Shown one piece after another: positions 51,189-60,580 of a DNA stretch of 64,000 bases (position 1 is the first letter of the stretch; every line of letters starts with the position of its first letter). Position numbers and translations under genes: made by a program. The notes under the pieces were generated by a model, which worked only from the letters and a program-made list of their open reading frames with translations, was not told the origin of the DNA and searched no databases. The DNA lies in NCBI GenBank assembly GCA_965218585.1, contig CBDCLE010000001.1, forward strand, positions 192,001 through 256,000, given 5' to 3'. Source of the stretch: Terriglobia bacterium (GTDB lineage Bacteria; Acidobacteriota; Terriglobia; 20CM-2-55-15).

Positions 51189-54100
51189 ATGCTGAAGTTG
51201 CGACGCATAGAACTTCTTGGTTTCAAGTCTTTCTACGAGCGCTCCGAAATCAAAGTCAACGATATCGGCATCACTGCCGTCGTGGGTCCCAACGGTTGCG
51301 GGAAGAGCAATATTTCTGATGCAGTCGCCTGGGTTCTGGGCGAGCAGCGCCCACGCTCTTTGCGTGGCGACAGGATGGAGGACGTCATCTTCAGCGGAAC
51401 CGGGCGCCGTTCTGCACTGGGGATGGCTGAGGTCACGATCAGCCTCGTAGACGACGAACCGCCACACAGCAACGGCGGGCCGCCGCCCGGCCCTATCGAG
51501 ATGACCGTTCAGCGGCGGTTGTTCCGCTCCGGTGAGAGCCAGTACCTGCTCAATGGCCGTCCCTGTCTCTTGAGGGACATTCAGGGCCTGTTCCTCGGCA
51601 CGGGACTGGGCCCCAACAGTTACGCAATCATCGAACAGGGCCGTATTGGTCAACTCCTCAGTGCCCGTCCCTCGGATCGCCGGGCGCTTATTGACGAAGC
51701 TGCGGGCGTCACGAAGTTCAAGGCGAAGCGAAAACTTGCCGAGTCCAGATTACAGGCTGCGGAAAAAAATCTGTCGCGGGTCAACGACATCCTCGTTGAG
51801 GTCGAACGTCAACGCAATTCCCTGAGACGGCAGGCAGGGAAGGCCCGGAGATATAGGGAAGTCAGGAAGCGGCTGCGGGAGGTTCTTGGGGCCGTGTTTT
51901 CCACGCGTGCCGAAATACTGATCCAAGGCCAGGAACGGGTTGGTGCGGCTTTGGCCGGTATTTCTTCCGAGGGTGAACGTCTGGAGACCAGGGTTCGAGA
52001 ACTCGATGGCGAGGTGCATCGTTCGCGCCAGGGCGTGGAAACCGGAGAGAAGCGGCTCGAGGCGACTCGCGAAACGCAGGTCGTTACCAAGCTCGAACTC
52101 GAGAAGGCCCACCAGCGGATAGAACGCTTCCAGGATCAGGTGAAATCCTTGGAGGAGCGCAGTCGTGAGTTGATTGCGGAGAAAGACAGGGTCGCCTCGG
52201 ATCTTGGAGTCAGACAGGCTGAAATCGAGGCCAGCGCCAGAAAACTTGCCGAGGCCGACCAGAGTCTTGCCGAGGCTCGTGCCAAGCTCGGGGCCGCCGA
52301 GGAGAATCTGGAGGCGACCCGGAAACTACGTACCAGAGCTGAAGCCACGATCGAGCGGCTGCGTAATCGGCGTTTCGACATCGTGGGGCGCGAAGCTGAA
52401 ATCGGTAACGAGCTTTCGGGCAAGGAGGACCTGCTCCGGAGGCTGGAACGGCAGGTCGAACGGGTCAAGGGCGAAGAGGAAGAGGCCCTTCTTGAAGCGG
52501 AAGAATGTCGGGCCAGACTTGAAGCGGCCCAACTGGAGCATTCGTCGAGACAATCCGAGATTAGTCGCCTTCGGTTGGAGCGAGAACGTGTTGGGACCGA
52601 ACTGGATACAGTTTCTTCTGAGCACGTCGAGGCTTTCGACCTGGCAGCCGAAGCGCGATCGCAGGAGGAGGGGATCCGCCACAGGCTCGAAACGATTCGT
52701 GAACTCTCGCTGGACCGTGCCTACGGAACCGAATCGGTTCAGCAGTTCTTCAACCATGTAAGGGATGAATCCTGGGCCCCGATGGGGATCGTGGCCGACT
52801 TTGTGGAGGTCGAGGCCGACTATGAGGCTGTCGTGGAGGACCTGCTGCACAACGAACTCCAATACGTCGTGGTCGAAGACCTGTTGCACGCAGAGAAGGC
52901 CCTGGCCATCGCCCGTGGAGCGACTCATGGGAGGCTGGAGTTCCTTGTAGCTACTGCAGCATCCGGTTCCGGAACCGATCCCGAACCTATCGAAAACGCT
53001 AAGCCGGTGGCCGAACTAGTCCAACTCGATCCACGCCTGCAGTTCTTCCGAAGCCATATTGGGAACGCATACATCGTGGAGGATCTTGCCCATGCGTGGC
53101 GACTCTCAGGTGAACATCCTGGTAAGACGTTCGTTGCAGCGGGCGGCGAAGTCGTTTCCGATCGGGTGATCAGCTGGGGCGAGCGTTCCAGCCACGGACC
53201 GCTTTCCCTGAAACGTGAGATGCGGGATCTCGATCGCAGGGTTGAAGAGGCTCGGCGTGAGTCGCATCGAGCGACCCAACGCGTCGAAGAACTTGGCACC
53301 CGCATGGAGGAATTGTCCACGACCAGGCAGGAGCTTTCTCTCAAGCTGCAGGAAGTGGAGAAGGAGGCACTGGGACTGGATCACGGTTTGCGCAGCCTCG
53401 CTTCGGAACTGGAGAGAACCGAGCAACGTCTGCGCGTCTCACGGGCCGAAATTGGACGTTTTGCCGATGAGCGTCGGGACCTTGAGGCTGCACTGGCCAG
53501 CACCCGGGCTGACCTGGAGGCCGTTCGTTCCGAGAAGGCCACGACCGACGAAGAACTGGAAGCCCAGAGCGCGGAGAGCGAACGACTGCGGCGTAATCTG
53601 GAGACACAGTCTTTCGCTGTTGCCGACCTCGGGTCACAACTCGCTGTTCTCGAGGAGCGAACCGAAGCCCTTTCTCGCGACATCGCGGCCAGACGCTCCG
53701 AGGCAGAAGCGCTTGAAGCGCGCTGCCGACAGGTGGAAGAACAAATAGAAGGAACTGCCACCCAGAAGGCCAGTACGCTGGAGTCCATCAAGGCGGACGA
53801 ATCGCGGCGCGACCAGCTGCATGTCAAGGTAACAGACCTCGAAGAAGAGATTTCCAAACTGCTGGGTAACCTCGAAGCTCTGCGAAAGGCGCTAGGCGAG
53901 GCTGAGGCGGGTTGGGACGAGGCACGCCGTGCTCTCGACGGATGGAAAGACCGGCACAACCAGCTCGATATCGAAAAGACGCAGATCGATGCCGATCTGA
54001 AACACCTGGTGAGCCTCTGTTTCAGCGAACTGGGAGAGACGATCGAATCGATTTGTCTGGACAGCTTCGAGACTCTGACGTCCGAAGAGTTAGAAGAACG

Positions 54101-54734
54101 CGACAATGAGTATCAGGAGTTGCGCCGGAAGGTCGATTCGATGGGCGCCGTCAACATGATGGCCGTGGAAGAGTATGAGGAAGCGGCCGCGCGCTTCGAG
54201 TTCCTGACCAGTCAACGGCAGGATCTGCTCGATTCCATCCGCGACACGACACTGGCCATCCAAGAGATCGATGCGGTATGCCAGCAGCAATTCGGTGAGG
54301 CGTTCAACGAGATCAACCGCCGGTTCACGGATTGTTTCGTGGAACTCTTTGGCGGCGGCCACGGCGAGTTGCGGTTGATCGAGGAGGCTGAGAAGACGGA
54401 CGCAGGCATTGAAATCGTAGCGCAGCCCCCGGGCAAGAAACTGCAGAACGTTCTCCTTCTGTCGGGTGGAGAAAAGGCGCTCACCGCGCTCTCGCTCGTT
54501 GTTGCCCTGTTCCGATTCAAACCCAGCCCGTTTTGCGTCCTTGATGAGGTGGACGCGCCACTCGACGACGTCAATATCGACCGGTTCGCCAACATGATTC
54601 GCCTTATGAGTGACGACACGCAGTTCATTGTCATCACACACAGCAAGCGCACCATGGAGACGGCGAGCCAGCTCTATGGTGTGACGATGGAAGAACCAGG
54701 GATTTCCAGAGTCGTTTCCGTAAGATTGAATTGA
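51189..54734 (+). CDS. smc: Chromosome segregation protein SMC
   Basis: GFKSF, GPNGCGKSN, coiled coils and hinge, LSGGEK, LDEVDAPLD. Confidence 0.97.
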   Translation: MLKLRRIELLGFKSFYERSEIKVNDIGITAVVGPNGCGKSNISDAVAWVLGEQRPRSLRGDRMEDVIFSGTGRRSALGMAEVTISLVDDEPPHSNGGPPPGPIEMTVQRRLFRSGESQYLLNGRPCLLRDIQGLFLGTGLGPNSYAIIEQGRIGQLLSARPSDRRALIDEAAGVTKFKAKRKLAESRLQAAEKNLSRVNDILVEVERQRNSLRRQAGKARRYREVRKRLREVLGAVFSTRAEILIQGQERVGAALAGISSEGERLETRVRELDGEVHRSRQGVETGEKRLEATRETQVVTKLELEKAHQRIERFQDQVKSLEERSRELIAEKDRVASDLGVRQAEIEASARKLAEADQSLAEARAKLGAAEENLEATRKLRTRAEATIERLRNRRFDIVGREAEIGNELSGKEDLLRRLERQVERVKGEEEEALLEAEECRARLEAAQLEHSSRQSEISRLRLERERVGTELDTVSSEHVEAFDLAAEARSQEEGIRHRLETIRELSLDRAYGTESVQQFFNHVRDESWAPMGIVADFVEVEADYEAVVEDLLHNELQYVVVEDLLHAEKALAIARGATHGRLEFLVATAASGSGTDPEPIENAKPVAELVQLDPRLQFFRSHIGNAYIVEDLAHAWRLSGEHPGKTFVAAGGEVVSDRVISWGERSSHGPLSLKREMRDLDRRVEEARRESHRATQRVEELGTRMEELSTTRQELSLKLQEVEKEALGLDHGLRSLASELERTEQRLRVSRAEIGRFADERRDLEAALASTRADLEAVRSEKATTDEELEAQSAESERLRRNLETQSFAVADLGSQLAVLEERTEALSRDIAARRSEAEALEARCRQVEEQIEGTATQKASTLESIKADESRRDQLHVKVTDLEEEISKLLGNLEALRKALGEAEAGWDEARRALDGWKDRHNQLDIEKTQIDADLKHLVSLCFSELGETIESICLDSFETLTSEELEERDNEYQELRRKVDSMGAVNMMAVEEYEEAAARFEFLTSQRQDLLDSIRDTTLAIQEIDAVCQQQFGEAFNEINRRFTDCFVELFGGGHGELRLIEEAEKTDAGIEIVAQPPGKKLQNVLLLSGGEKALTALSLVVALFRFKPSPFCVLDEVDAPLDDVNIDRFANMIRLMSDDTQFIVITHSKRTMETASQLYGVTMEEPGISRVVSVRLN

Positions 54735-54893
54735 CAACAGAGACGCGTGCGTCCACCATTTGTTTCCGAAGCGGGCGGTCAGCCATCGCCTTCAGCTGCC
54801 TTTGCATTCCGAAGATGGTTTCGTCCGACTAGTGGATAGCCGAACGCTGACCCCCGACTGCCATTCGTTCCTAAATAGGGAGGCGTGATTCCG

Positions 54894-55778
54894 ATGGTTC
54901 TGATGCAGACGGATCTTTCCGGCCTCAAGTTTCATTCCCGAGGCAAAGTCCGGGACATCTACGATCTGGGGAGTGCTCTCCTGTTTATCGCGACAGACAG
55001 GCTTTCCGCGTTCGACGTCGTTCTTCCCACAGCGATACCGAACAAGGGCCGTGTGCTGACCCAGATGTCTCTTTTCTGGTTCGATCACTTCAAAGACGTC
55101 GTTCCGAATCACGTCATTACAGACTCTGTCGATGAGTACCCGGAGGAAGTGCGGGGTTTCAAGGAGCAGCTGGACGGGCGTTCGTTGATGGTCCAGAGAG
55201 CGGAAGTGTTTCCGATCGAGTGTGTCGTGCGCGGCTACATTGCGGGTTCAGGGTGGAAGGATTACAAGAGATCGGGCCGAGTGTGCGGTATCGAGCTTGG
55301 CTCCGATCTTTCCGAGTCGGACAAGCTTTCCGAGCCGATTTTTACGCCGGCAACCAAGGCCGCTACGGGGCACGACGAGAACATATCGGAAGATACTGCA
55401 GCCGACATCATCGGACGCGAAATGATCACGAAACTCCGGGACATATCCATTAACGTTTACAGCCTGGCAGCAGCCTATGCGGCAGAGCGGGGCATCATAG
55501 TCTGCGACACCAAGTTTGAATTCGGCATTGTGGACGGCAATATCACGATCGTAGACGAAATGCTCACTCCGGATTCGTCCAGGTTCTGGCCGGCTGCTGA
55601 ATACGCACCGGGGAAGGCCCAACCTTCCTTTGACAAACAGTACGTGCGCGACTATCTGGAAGGGATCGGTTGGGATAAGCAGCCGCCCGCTCCCGAGCTT
55701 CCGGTAGAAGTTGTCGAGGGTACCAGCAGCAAATACACTGAAGCTTTCCGCTGGCTGACCGGCCTCGGCCTCGAATAG
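54894..55778 (+). CDS. purC: SAICAR synthetase (start may be GTG 54885)
   Basis: RGKVRDIY, TDRLSAFD, ECVVRGY, DTKFEFG, TPDSSRFW, DKQYVRDY. Confidence 0.96.
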   Translation: MVLMQTDLSGLKFHSRGKVRDIYDLGSALLFIATDRLSAFDVVLPTAIPNKGRVLTQMSLFWFDHFKDVVPNHVITDSVDEYPEEVRGFKEQLDGRSLMVQRAEVFPIECVVRGYIAGSGWKDYKRSGRVCGIELGSDLSESDKLSEPIFTPATKAATGHDENISEDTAADIIGREMITKLRDISINVYSLAAAYAAERGIIVCDTKFEFGIVDGNITIVDEMLTPDSSRFWPAAEYAPGKAQPSFDKQYVRDYLEGIGWDKQPPAPELPVEVVEGTSSKYTEAFRWLTGLGLE

Positions 55779-55801
55779 AAAGAGGAAACTGAGGATCAGA
55801 G

Positions 55802-56347
55802 GTGGGCATCGCGATCACGAACTTCACTCTTCTCGACTGGCTTGTCATAGCAATCCTTCTGTATTCGGTCGTCATGAGCGCCGTGCGCGGTTTTGTCCGC
55901 GAGGTACTCGGTCTCGTGACCGTCGTTTTGGGGGTTATTCTGGCCGCCTGGTTCCACCGCGATCTCGGAAGGATTTTCTCGGGTGTTGTCAGGACCGAAG
56001 ACCTTGCTCTATTCTTTGGATTCTTTCTGCTGTTCGGGGGGACACTGATCGTCGGTTTTACCCTGATCTGGCTTATTTACAGGTTTTTTGAATTCGCGCA
56101 CATCGAATGGTTTGACCGTCTGCTGGGAGGCGCATTCGGTTTCGTACGCGGATGGTTGATTGGCGTCGTGATTTTCTTGGGGCTAACGTCGTTCGAGGTT
56201 CAATCCCAGGTTGTCAGAGACTCGGAATTGTCGCCTTACTTTCTTCCGGGATCGCGAATCGTGGCCGTTGTAACGCCTTTCGAGTTGAAGGCAAAATTCA
56301 TGGTCGGTTACGAAGAAGTTCAGCGGTGGTGGAGTGAGAACTTATGA
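55802..56347 (+). CDS. cvpA: CvpA family membrane protein
   Basis: RGFVREV, DRLLGGAFG.VRG; follows a pur gene. Confidence 0.88.
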   Translation: MGIAITNFTLLDWLVIAILLYSVVMSAVRGFVREVLGLVTVVLGVILAAWFHRDLGRIFSGVVRTEDLALFFGFFLLFGGTLIVGFTLIWLIYRFFEFAHIEWFDRLLGGAFGFVRGWLIGVVIFLGLTSFEVQSQVVRDSELSPYFLPGSRIVAVVTPFELKAKFMVGYEEVQRWWSENL

Positions 56348-56375
56348 TCCCGTACTTAACAAGTGGAATGTTGTT

Positions 56376-56585
56376 GTGAAAAAGCAGTTGGAATCGCTCA
56401 TTACGGAAATGATCGACCGGGGCATTCTTTTCGGTGAGGCCCGGGACGAATTTGAAAAGAAATTCATACAGACCGCACTCGGTAAGACAAAAGGAAATCA
56501 GACCCGAGCTGCCGAGATGCTTGGTATTCATCGCAACACGCTGAATCGAAAGATCAATCTTCATAGGATCAACGGCCGAAGATAG
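56376..56585 (+). CDS. Small Fis-type helix-turn-helix protein
   Basis: FEKKFI..AL....GNQTRAAEMLGIHRNTL.RK. Confidence 0.85.
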   Translation: MKKQLESLITEMIDRGILFGEARDEFEKKFIQTALGKTKGNQTRAAEMLGIHRNTLNRKINLHRINGRR

Positions 56586-56667
56586 CAAGCTCCCGGCAGG
56601 TCCCCCCTGCTTCACCAATCGAGTGAAAGCCAGGAGTTGGGCGCCGATTGAGTAGAGGCAACTCCCG

Positions 56668-58041
56668 ATGGATTTCGCCTTTCCTGTTATCGCTGTGTTT
56701 CTGATCGGTATGACCGGTGTCGGGTTGTGGCACGCCCGGCGTGTGCATTCGGGGGAGGACTTCGCTCTCGCCGGCCGGCGCATTGGCGCGCCTGTTCTTG
56801 CCGGTACGCTCACGGCCACCTGGATCGGCACCGGTTCGCTTTTCGGCAATGCCGAATTTACGTACCAGAACGGAGTCGCCGGATTTTTCCTTCCCGTGTC
56901 GGGCGTTGTCGGGATGCTGGTGCTTGCCTACCTCGCGCCACGTGTGCGCGAGCTACCGGCATCTACCGTTCCCCAGATCCTCGGTCTCCGCTTTGGTCGC
57001 GCGGCACAGATCCTGGGAGCAGTGGCTCTGATCCTCGCCTATCTTGTGATCGTTTCCTATCAGTATCGTGCCGGAGCGGCGGTTGCCGAGCAGATCTTCC
57101 CGGGAGTCGATCCCACAGCGCTGCGACTCTCGTTTGCGGCCTTTGTCATCCTCTACACGGCCCTGGCGGGACTGATCAGTGTGGCCTTGACCGACGTCGT
57201 TAACGGCGTCGTGCTTGGCACGGGTCTGCTGTTCGGGCTTGCGCTGGCGTGGAATGGATGGAACCCCGAGCTCCAGCCGTTTGATGCCGCGCTGCTTGCC
57301 CCCTCCGCAGGTATCGGCGCCGTGGGTTGGATCAGCTTGATGCTGCCACCCTTCCTGCTGATATTGGGAGACGCCAACATGTATCAGCGATTCCTGGCGG
57401 CAGCATCTCCCAGGGCGGCCCGCCGAGCTGCTCTGGGAGCCTTCGCTGCGCTGCTCGTCCTGGAAAGCGCGATCATCGGTATCGCTTTCCTGAGTCGCGT
57501 CATGCTACCGGGTCAGCTTTCGAACCCGGCAGACGCAATTATCGAAATGGCTTTCACGGTGTTTCCGCCCGTTATCGGTCTTCTTCTTGCGGCCACAGCG
57601 GTTGCTGTGATCGTCTCGACAGCCGACTCCTATCTTCTGGCGTGTTCCACCAGCGCCGCGATGGATCTGGGCGGAGAAACGGCCTCACCATTCAGGCAGC
57701 GAGTGCTTGTGATTGCCCTTGGAATATTTGCGTTGCTTCCAGCGTTCTTGTGGGAGGAATTTCTGAGTGTTGCACTCTATGCCTACACCCTTTACGGGGC
57801 AAGCCTCACGCCGGCCGTGCTTGCCGCTCTCCTGCGTCCAGCGACTTCCTCGCGCGCAGTAGTTGGCGGAATGATGGCCGGACTTGGCACTGCTCTTGTC
57901 TGGAAACTGTTGCTCGATACCGGCGGGCTCACCGGCATGTTCGCTGGTGTCGATCCGGTGCTCCCCGCCCTCGGCGCAAACGCCCTGGTGTTGTTAGCGC
58001 TGGAAATGATGTCTGGAAAAACGGTCGAACCTGTTCGATAA
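56668..58041 (+). CDS. Sodium:solute symporter family protein
   Basis: DF.LAGR, ATWIG.G, YT...GL.SVA.TD, YQRFLAA, STADS. Confidence 0.92.
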   Translation: MDFAFPVIAVFLIGMTGVGLWHARRVHSGEDFALAGRRIGAPVLAGTLTATWIGTGSLFGNAEFTYQNGVAGFFLPVSGVVGMLVLAYLAPRVRELPASTVPQILGLRFGRAAQILGAVALILAYLVIVSYQYRAGAAVAEQIFPGVDPTALRLSFAAFVILYTALAGLISVALTDVVNGVVLGTGLLFGLALAWNGWNPELQPFDAALLAPSAGIGAVGWISLMLPPFLLILGDANMYQRFLAAASPRAARRAALGAFAALLVLESAIIGIAFLSRVMLPGQLSNPADAIIEMAFTVFPPVIGLLLAATAVAVIVSTADSYLLACSTSAAMDLGGETASPFRQRVLVIALGIFALLPAFLWEEFLSVALYAYTLYGASLTPAVLAALLRPATSSRAVVGGMMAGLGTALVWKLLLDTGGLTGMFAGVDPVLPALGANALVLLALEMMSGKTVEPVR

Positions 58042-58052
58042 GTGTTCGATGT

Positions 58053-59198
58053 TCAGATAGCTTCTTGCTCTGCGTTCTCTGCACCTCTGCGTTTGGCTCT
58101 CTCTTTCTTTTCCTCAATGTGCCGGACAACCTCGGCTGAGGTTTCCCCCGGATCGCCCAATGGAAACAGTTGGACGCTTCCCACCTTGCGATTCAGGAAA
58201 CTCGAGACCAGGCAGAATTCTTCGTAGTGATGTTCGGGAGCGTCGGTTGTGGTTCCGGCGGATCGGTGGGCACGGATCATGACCGCTACCGTTTCCTCGA
58301 TGTCGTCTACCTGGTGTTCTTCAAAGGCGACAATGCGGCCTTCGAGAATAAGGGCAATCTTCCTTCTCTTCACGGACGCGGAGTCCAGCACGGCGATGAA
58401 ATCAAAATTCCAGAGATCGAGGTAGGGTTCGCGGTGATCCTTTCGCGCACGTTCGATGCGGTCCAGGCGACGCCGTAGACGCTCAGCCTCTTCAAAGCGC
58501 GTCTCATCGGCCAGCTTCTGGATGCTTGCCATTGTCCTGGAGACGATTTCCTGTTCCCGGCCCTGAACGAATCGAATGGCGTCGTCGATATCTTCGAGGT
58601 AGGCCTCGCGTCCGATGTCCGTATTGCAGGGTTTCGAGCAGGTACGCATCTGGAAGTAAAGACAGTCCGGGTACGGATCGTTTCCTCGGATGTTGTACTG
58701 GCACGGCCGGATCCTGAACGTGCGTTCGAGAGTTGCCTTGAAACGATCAAGTTCGGACCGGCGAGCAAACGGGCCGAAATAGGCGACTCCGCGTTTGATC
58801 TGACGTGCCGCATATAGCCTCGGAAAACGCTGATGGCGATTGATCTTGAGAAGGTAATAGCGTGGAAGCGTACGCATCTTCCGATAGGTTTGGGGGAACC
58901 AGTGTCGCCGTTCGGAGTAGAGCAGGTAGAGAGTCTCCATAGGAGAATCGGTCCGACAGTACTCCACCCGGTCGGTGATGTTGCGAAGATCCAGCGCGCG
59001 CGTCTCGCGAGCTTCGGAATAGAACCGGCCGATCCGCTCGGCCAGATTGTGTGTTTTTTCGAGAAGTATGAGCTTGCCGCCCACGTCGAAGATCCGAAAC
59101 ACTCCGGAGCAGCGGGGAACCGATGGAAGCTTCTCACCCTGGCTCTGTACTTCTTTGTCGGGGATCGTCTGGAATTCAAATGTGACGGGGCCGGCCAT
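58053..59198 (-). CDS. UvrC N-terminal-half / Cho-like protein with a degenerate GIY-YIG domain
   Basis: YFGPF, four-Cys region (RPC...DCLYFQMRTCSKPC), UVR motif (RFEEAERLR); catalytic positions altered. Confidence 0.8.
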   Translation of the reverse strand: MAGPVTFEFQTIPDKEVQSQGEKLPSVPRCSGVFRIFDVGGKLILLEKTHNLAERIGRFYSEARETRALDLRNITDRVEYCRTDSPMETLYLLYSERRHWFPQTYRKMRTLPRYYLLKINRHQRFPRLYAARQIKRGVAYFGPFARRSELDRFKATLERTFRIRPCQYNIRGNDPYPDCLYFQMRTCSKPCNTDIGREAYLEDIDDAIRFVQGREQEIVSRTMASIQKLADETRFEEAERLRRRLDRIERARKDHREPYLDLWNFDFIAVLDSASVKRRKIALILEGRIVAFEEHQVDDIEETVAVMIRAHRSAGTTTDAPEHHYEEFCLVSSFLNRKVGSVQLFPLGDPGETSAEVVRHIEEKKERAKRRGAENAEQEAI

Positions 59199-59223
59199 GA
59201 GGGCGATTATAACGGGCCGAAAG

Positions 59224-59272
59224 GGGACAGACGCCTCCGTCCACGGCTGATCGGGACAGAGGCGTCAGTCCC
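59224..59272. repeat. Inverted repeat, GGGACAG family
   Basis: GGGACAGACGCCT / AGGCGTCAGTCCC match 12/13. Confidence 0.65.
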
Positions 59273-59281
59273 GAAGGGGCT

Positions 59282-60193
59282 TCAGTCAGCGCTGAACGCT
59301 GTCCAGTGGGACCTGAGCGACGCCGCTGTGTGCTCCCGGGCGTAGTCCCATCCATGCTGACCCGGGTAAAGATGGAACTCGTGGTCGATGCCCCGGGCAT
59401 CGAGGATGTCGTGGAGCTGTTCGGCCCCGGTATAGAACCCGTATTCGTCTTCAGTCCCACAGTCGAAATAAATCTTCATGCCGTCAAGTGCGGCTTCGGG
59501 CGCCATCCCCAACGGATTGTTTTCGTTCCAGAATTCGAGGTCTTGGGATATGCCGAATATCTGGTCAAAGATGGAAAGGTATATCTGCCTCAGCCTCGGG
59601 CCGATCGTCGTGCTCTCAAAATCATCGAGCAGCATTGCGCTGTGCGCGCTGACCGAACCGAATAATTCAGGGTTCTTCAGGGCGAGCTTCAAGGCCCCGT
59701 AGCCGCCCATGGACACGCCACTGATCCCGCGACCTTCGCGGGTCCCAAGCGCCCGGTTTTCGGATTCGATCATCGGAATGAATTCCTGGGTGACCATGTC
59801 TTCCCACCGTTCCCCGGATACCGAGTTGGTGTAGAAGCTGTTTTCGCCATACGGTATGGCAACGATGAATTCACCAATTTCGCCCGCCGCGATCATCTCG
59901 TCGAGCATGAGGTCGGTGCCCCCGCGGGTGCTCCAGCGTTTCTCGTTCTCGTTGGCGCCGTGCAGGAAGAAGACCACGGGGTAGTCCGTCTCGGTCTGGT
60001 CGTACGAAGGAGGTAGATAGAGGCCGTAAGGGATTTCTCGGGAGAGGATGCCGCTCGAAAAAGTCTTGTACTGGACGCGGGATCCTTCGGGGATGACATC
60101 GCGTCGGCCCTGGCGGAAACCAGGCCGTTGGCCGAGGAGGGAAGGAAGACACAGGAGAACAACAACGAACGAAACGAGAATGTTCCGGCGCAT
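59282..60193 (-). CDS. Secreted alpha/beta-hydrolase-fold esterase
   Basis: Signal peptide; YLPPSY, YPVVFFLHG, GVSMGG, DCGTED, GQHGW. Confidence 0.9.
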   Translation of the reverse strand: MRRNILVSFVVVLLCLPSLLGQRPGFRQGRRDVIPEGSRVQYKTFSSGILSREIPYGLYLPPSYDQTETDYPVVFFLHGANENEKRWSTRGGTDLMLDEMIAAGEIGEFIVAIPYGENSFYTNSVSGERWEDMVTQEFIPMIESENRALGTREGRGISGVSMGGYGALKLALKNPELFGSVSAHSAMLLDDFESTTIGPRLRQIYLSIFDQIFGISQDLEFWNENNPLGMAPEAALDGMKIYFDCGTEDEYGFYTGAEQLHDILDARGIDHEFHLYPGQHGWDYAREHTAASLRSHWTAFSAD

Positions 60194-60196
60194 CGG

Positions 60197-60580
60197 TTAG
60201 TCCTCTTTGGGTACTGTGACTTCTTCCTTTCCGCTTTCGGACTCGGAGACGCTTTCGTCGAAATGGCGGATGAGCAGCGTCTCGGACGCCTTGTCGGTGA
60301 GATCCACTATTGCGGCTGCGTTGACACCCATCGTAATGGCAATTGCCTCACTGAGTTCTTCCTGCGTAGCTCCGTACTTCAGCGCTTTCTTGATGTGCCC
60401 TTCAAGACAACCTTCGCAGCGAACTGCCAGAGATGCAGCGATCGCGATCAATTCCTTGGTCTTTCGGTCCAAAACCGAGCTCTTGTAGGTCTCCTGGTAG
60501 AAACGGAAATAGATCTTCCGCATTCGGGGTTCGACCATGGTATAAGACGGCCATTTTTCTTTGTTGGTTTCATCACCCAT
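60197..60580 (-). CDS. Carboxymuconolactone decarboxylase / AhpD-like protein
   Basis: LDRKTKELIAIA, CEGC..GH, GAT.EE. Confidence 0.88.
   Translation of the reverse strand: MGDETNKEKWPSYTMVEPRMRKIYFRFYQETYKSSVLDRKTKELIAIAASLAVRCEGCLEGHIKKALKYGATQEELSEAIAITMGVNAAAIVDLTDKASETLLIRHFDESVSESESGKEEVTVPKED

Noticed and set aside
54735-54884. ZMP/ZTP or other purine riboswitch upstream of purC
   Set aside because: Only a loose CGACT-like resemblance; the conserved 3' hairpin/pseudoknot is not visible. An Rfam scan would settle it
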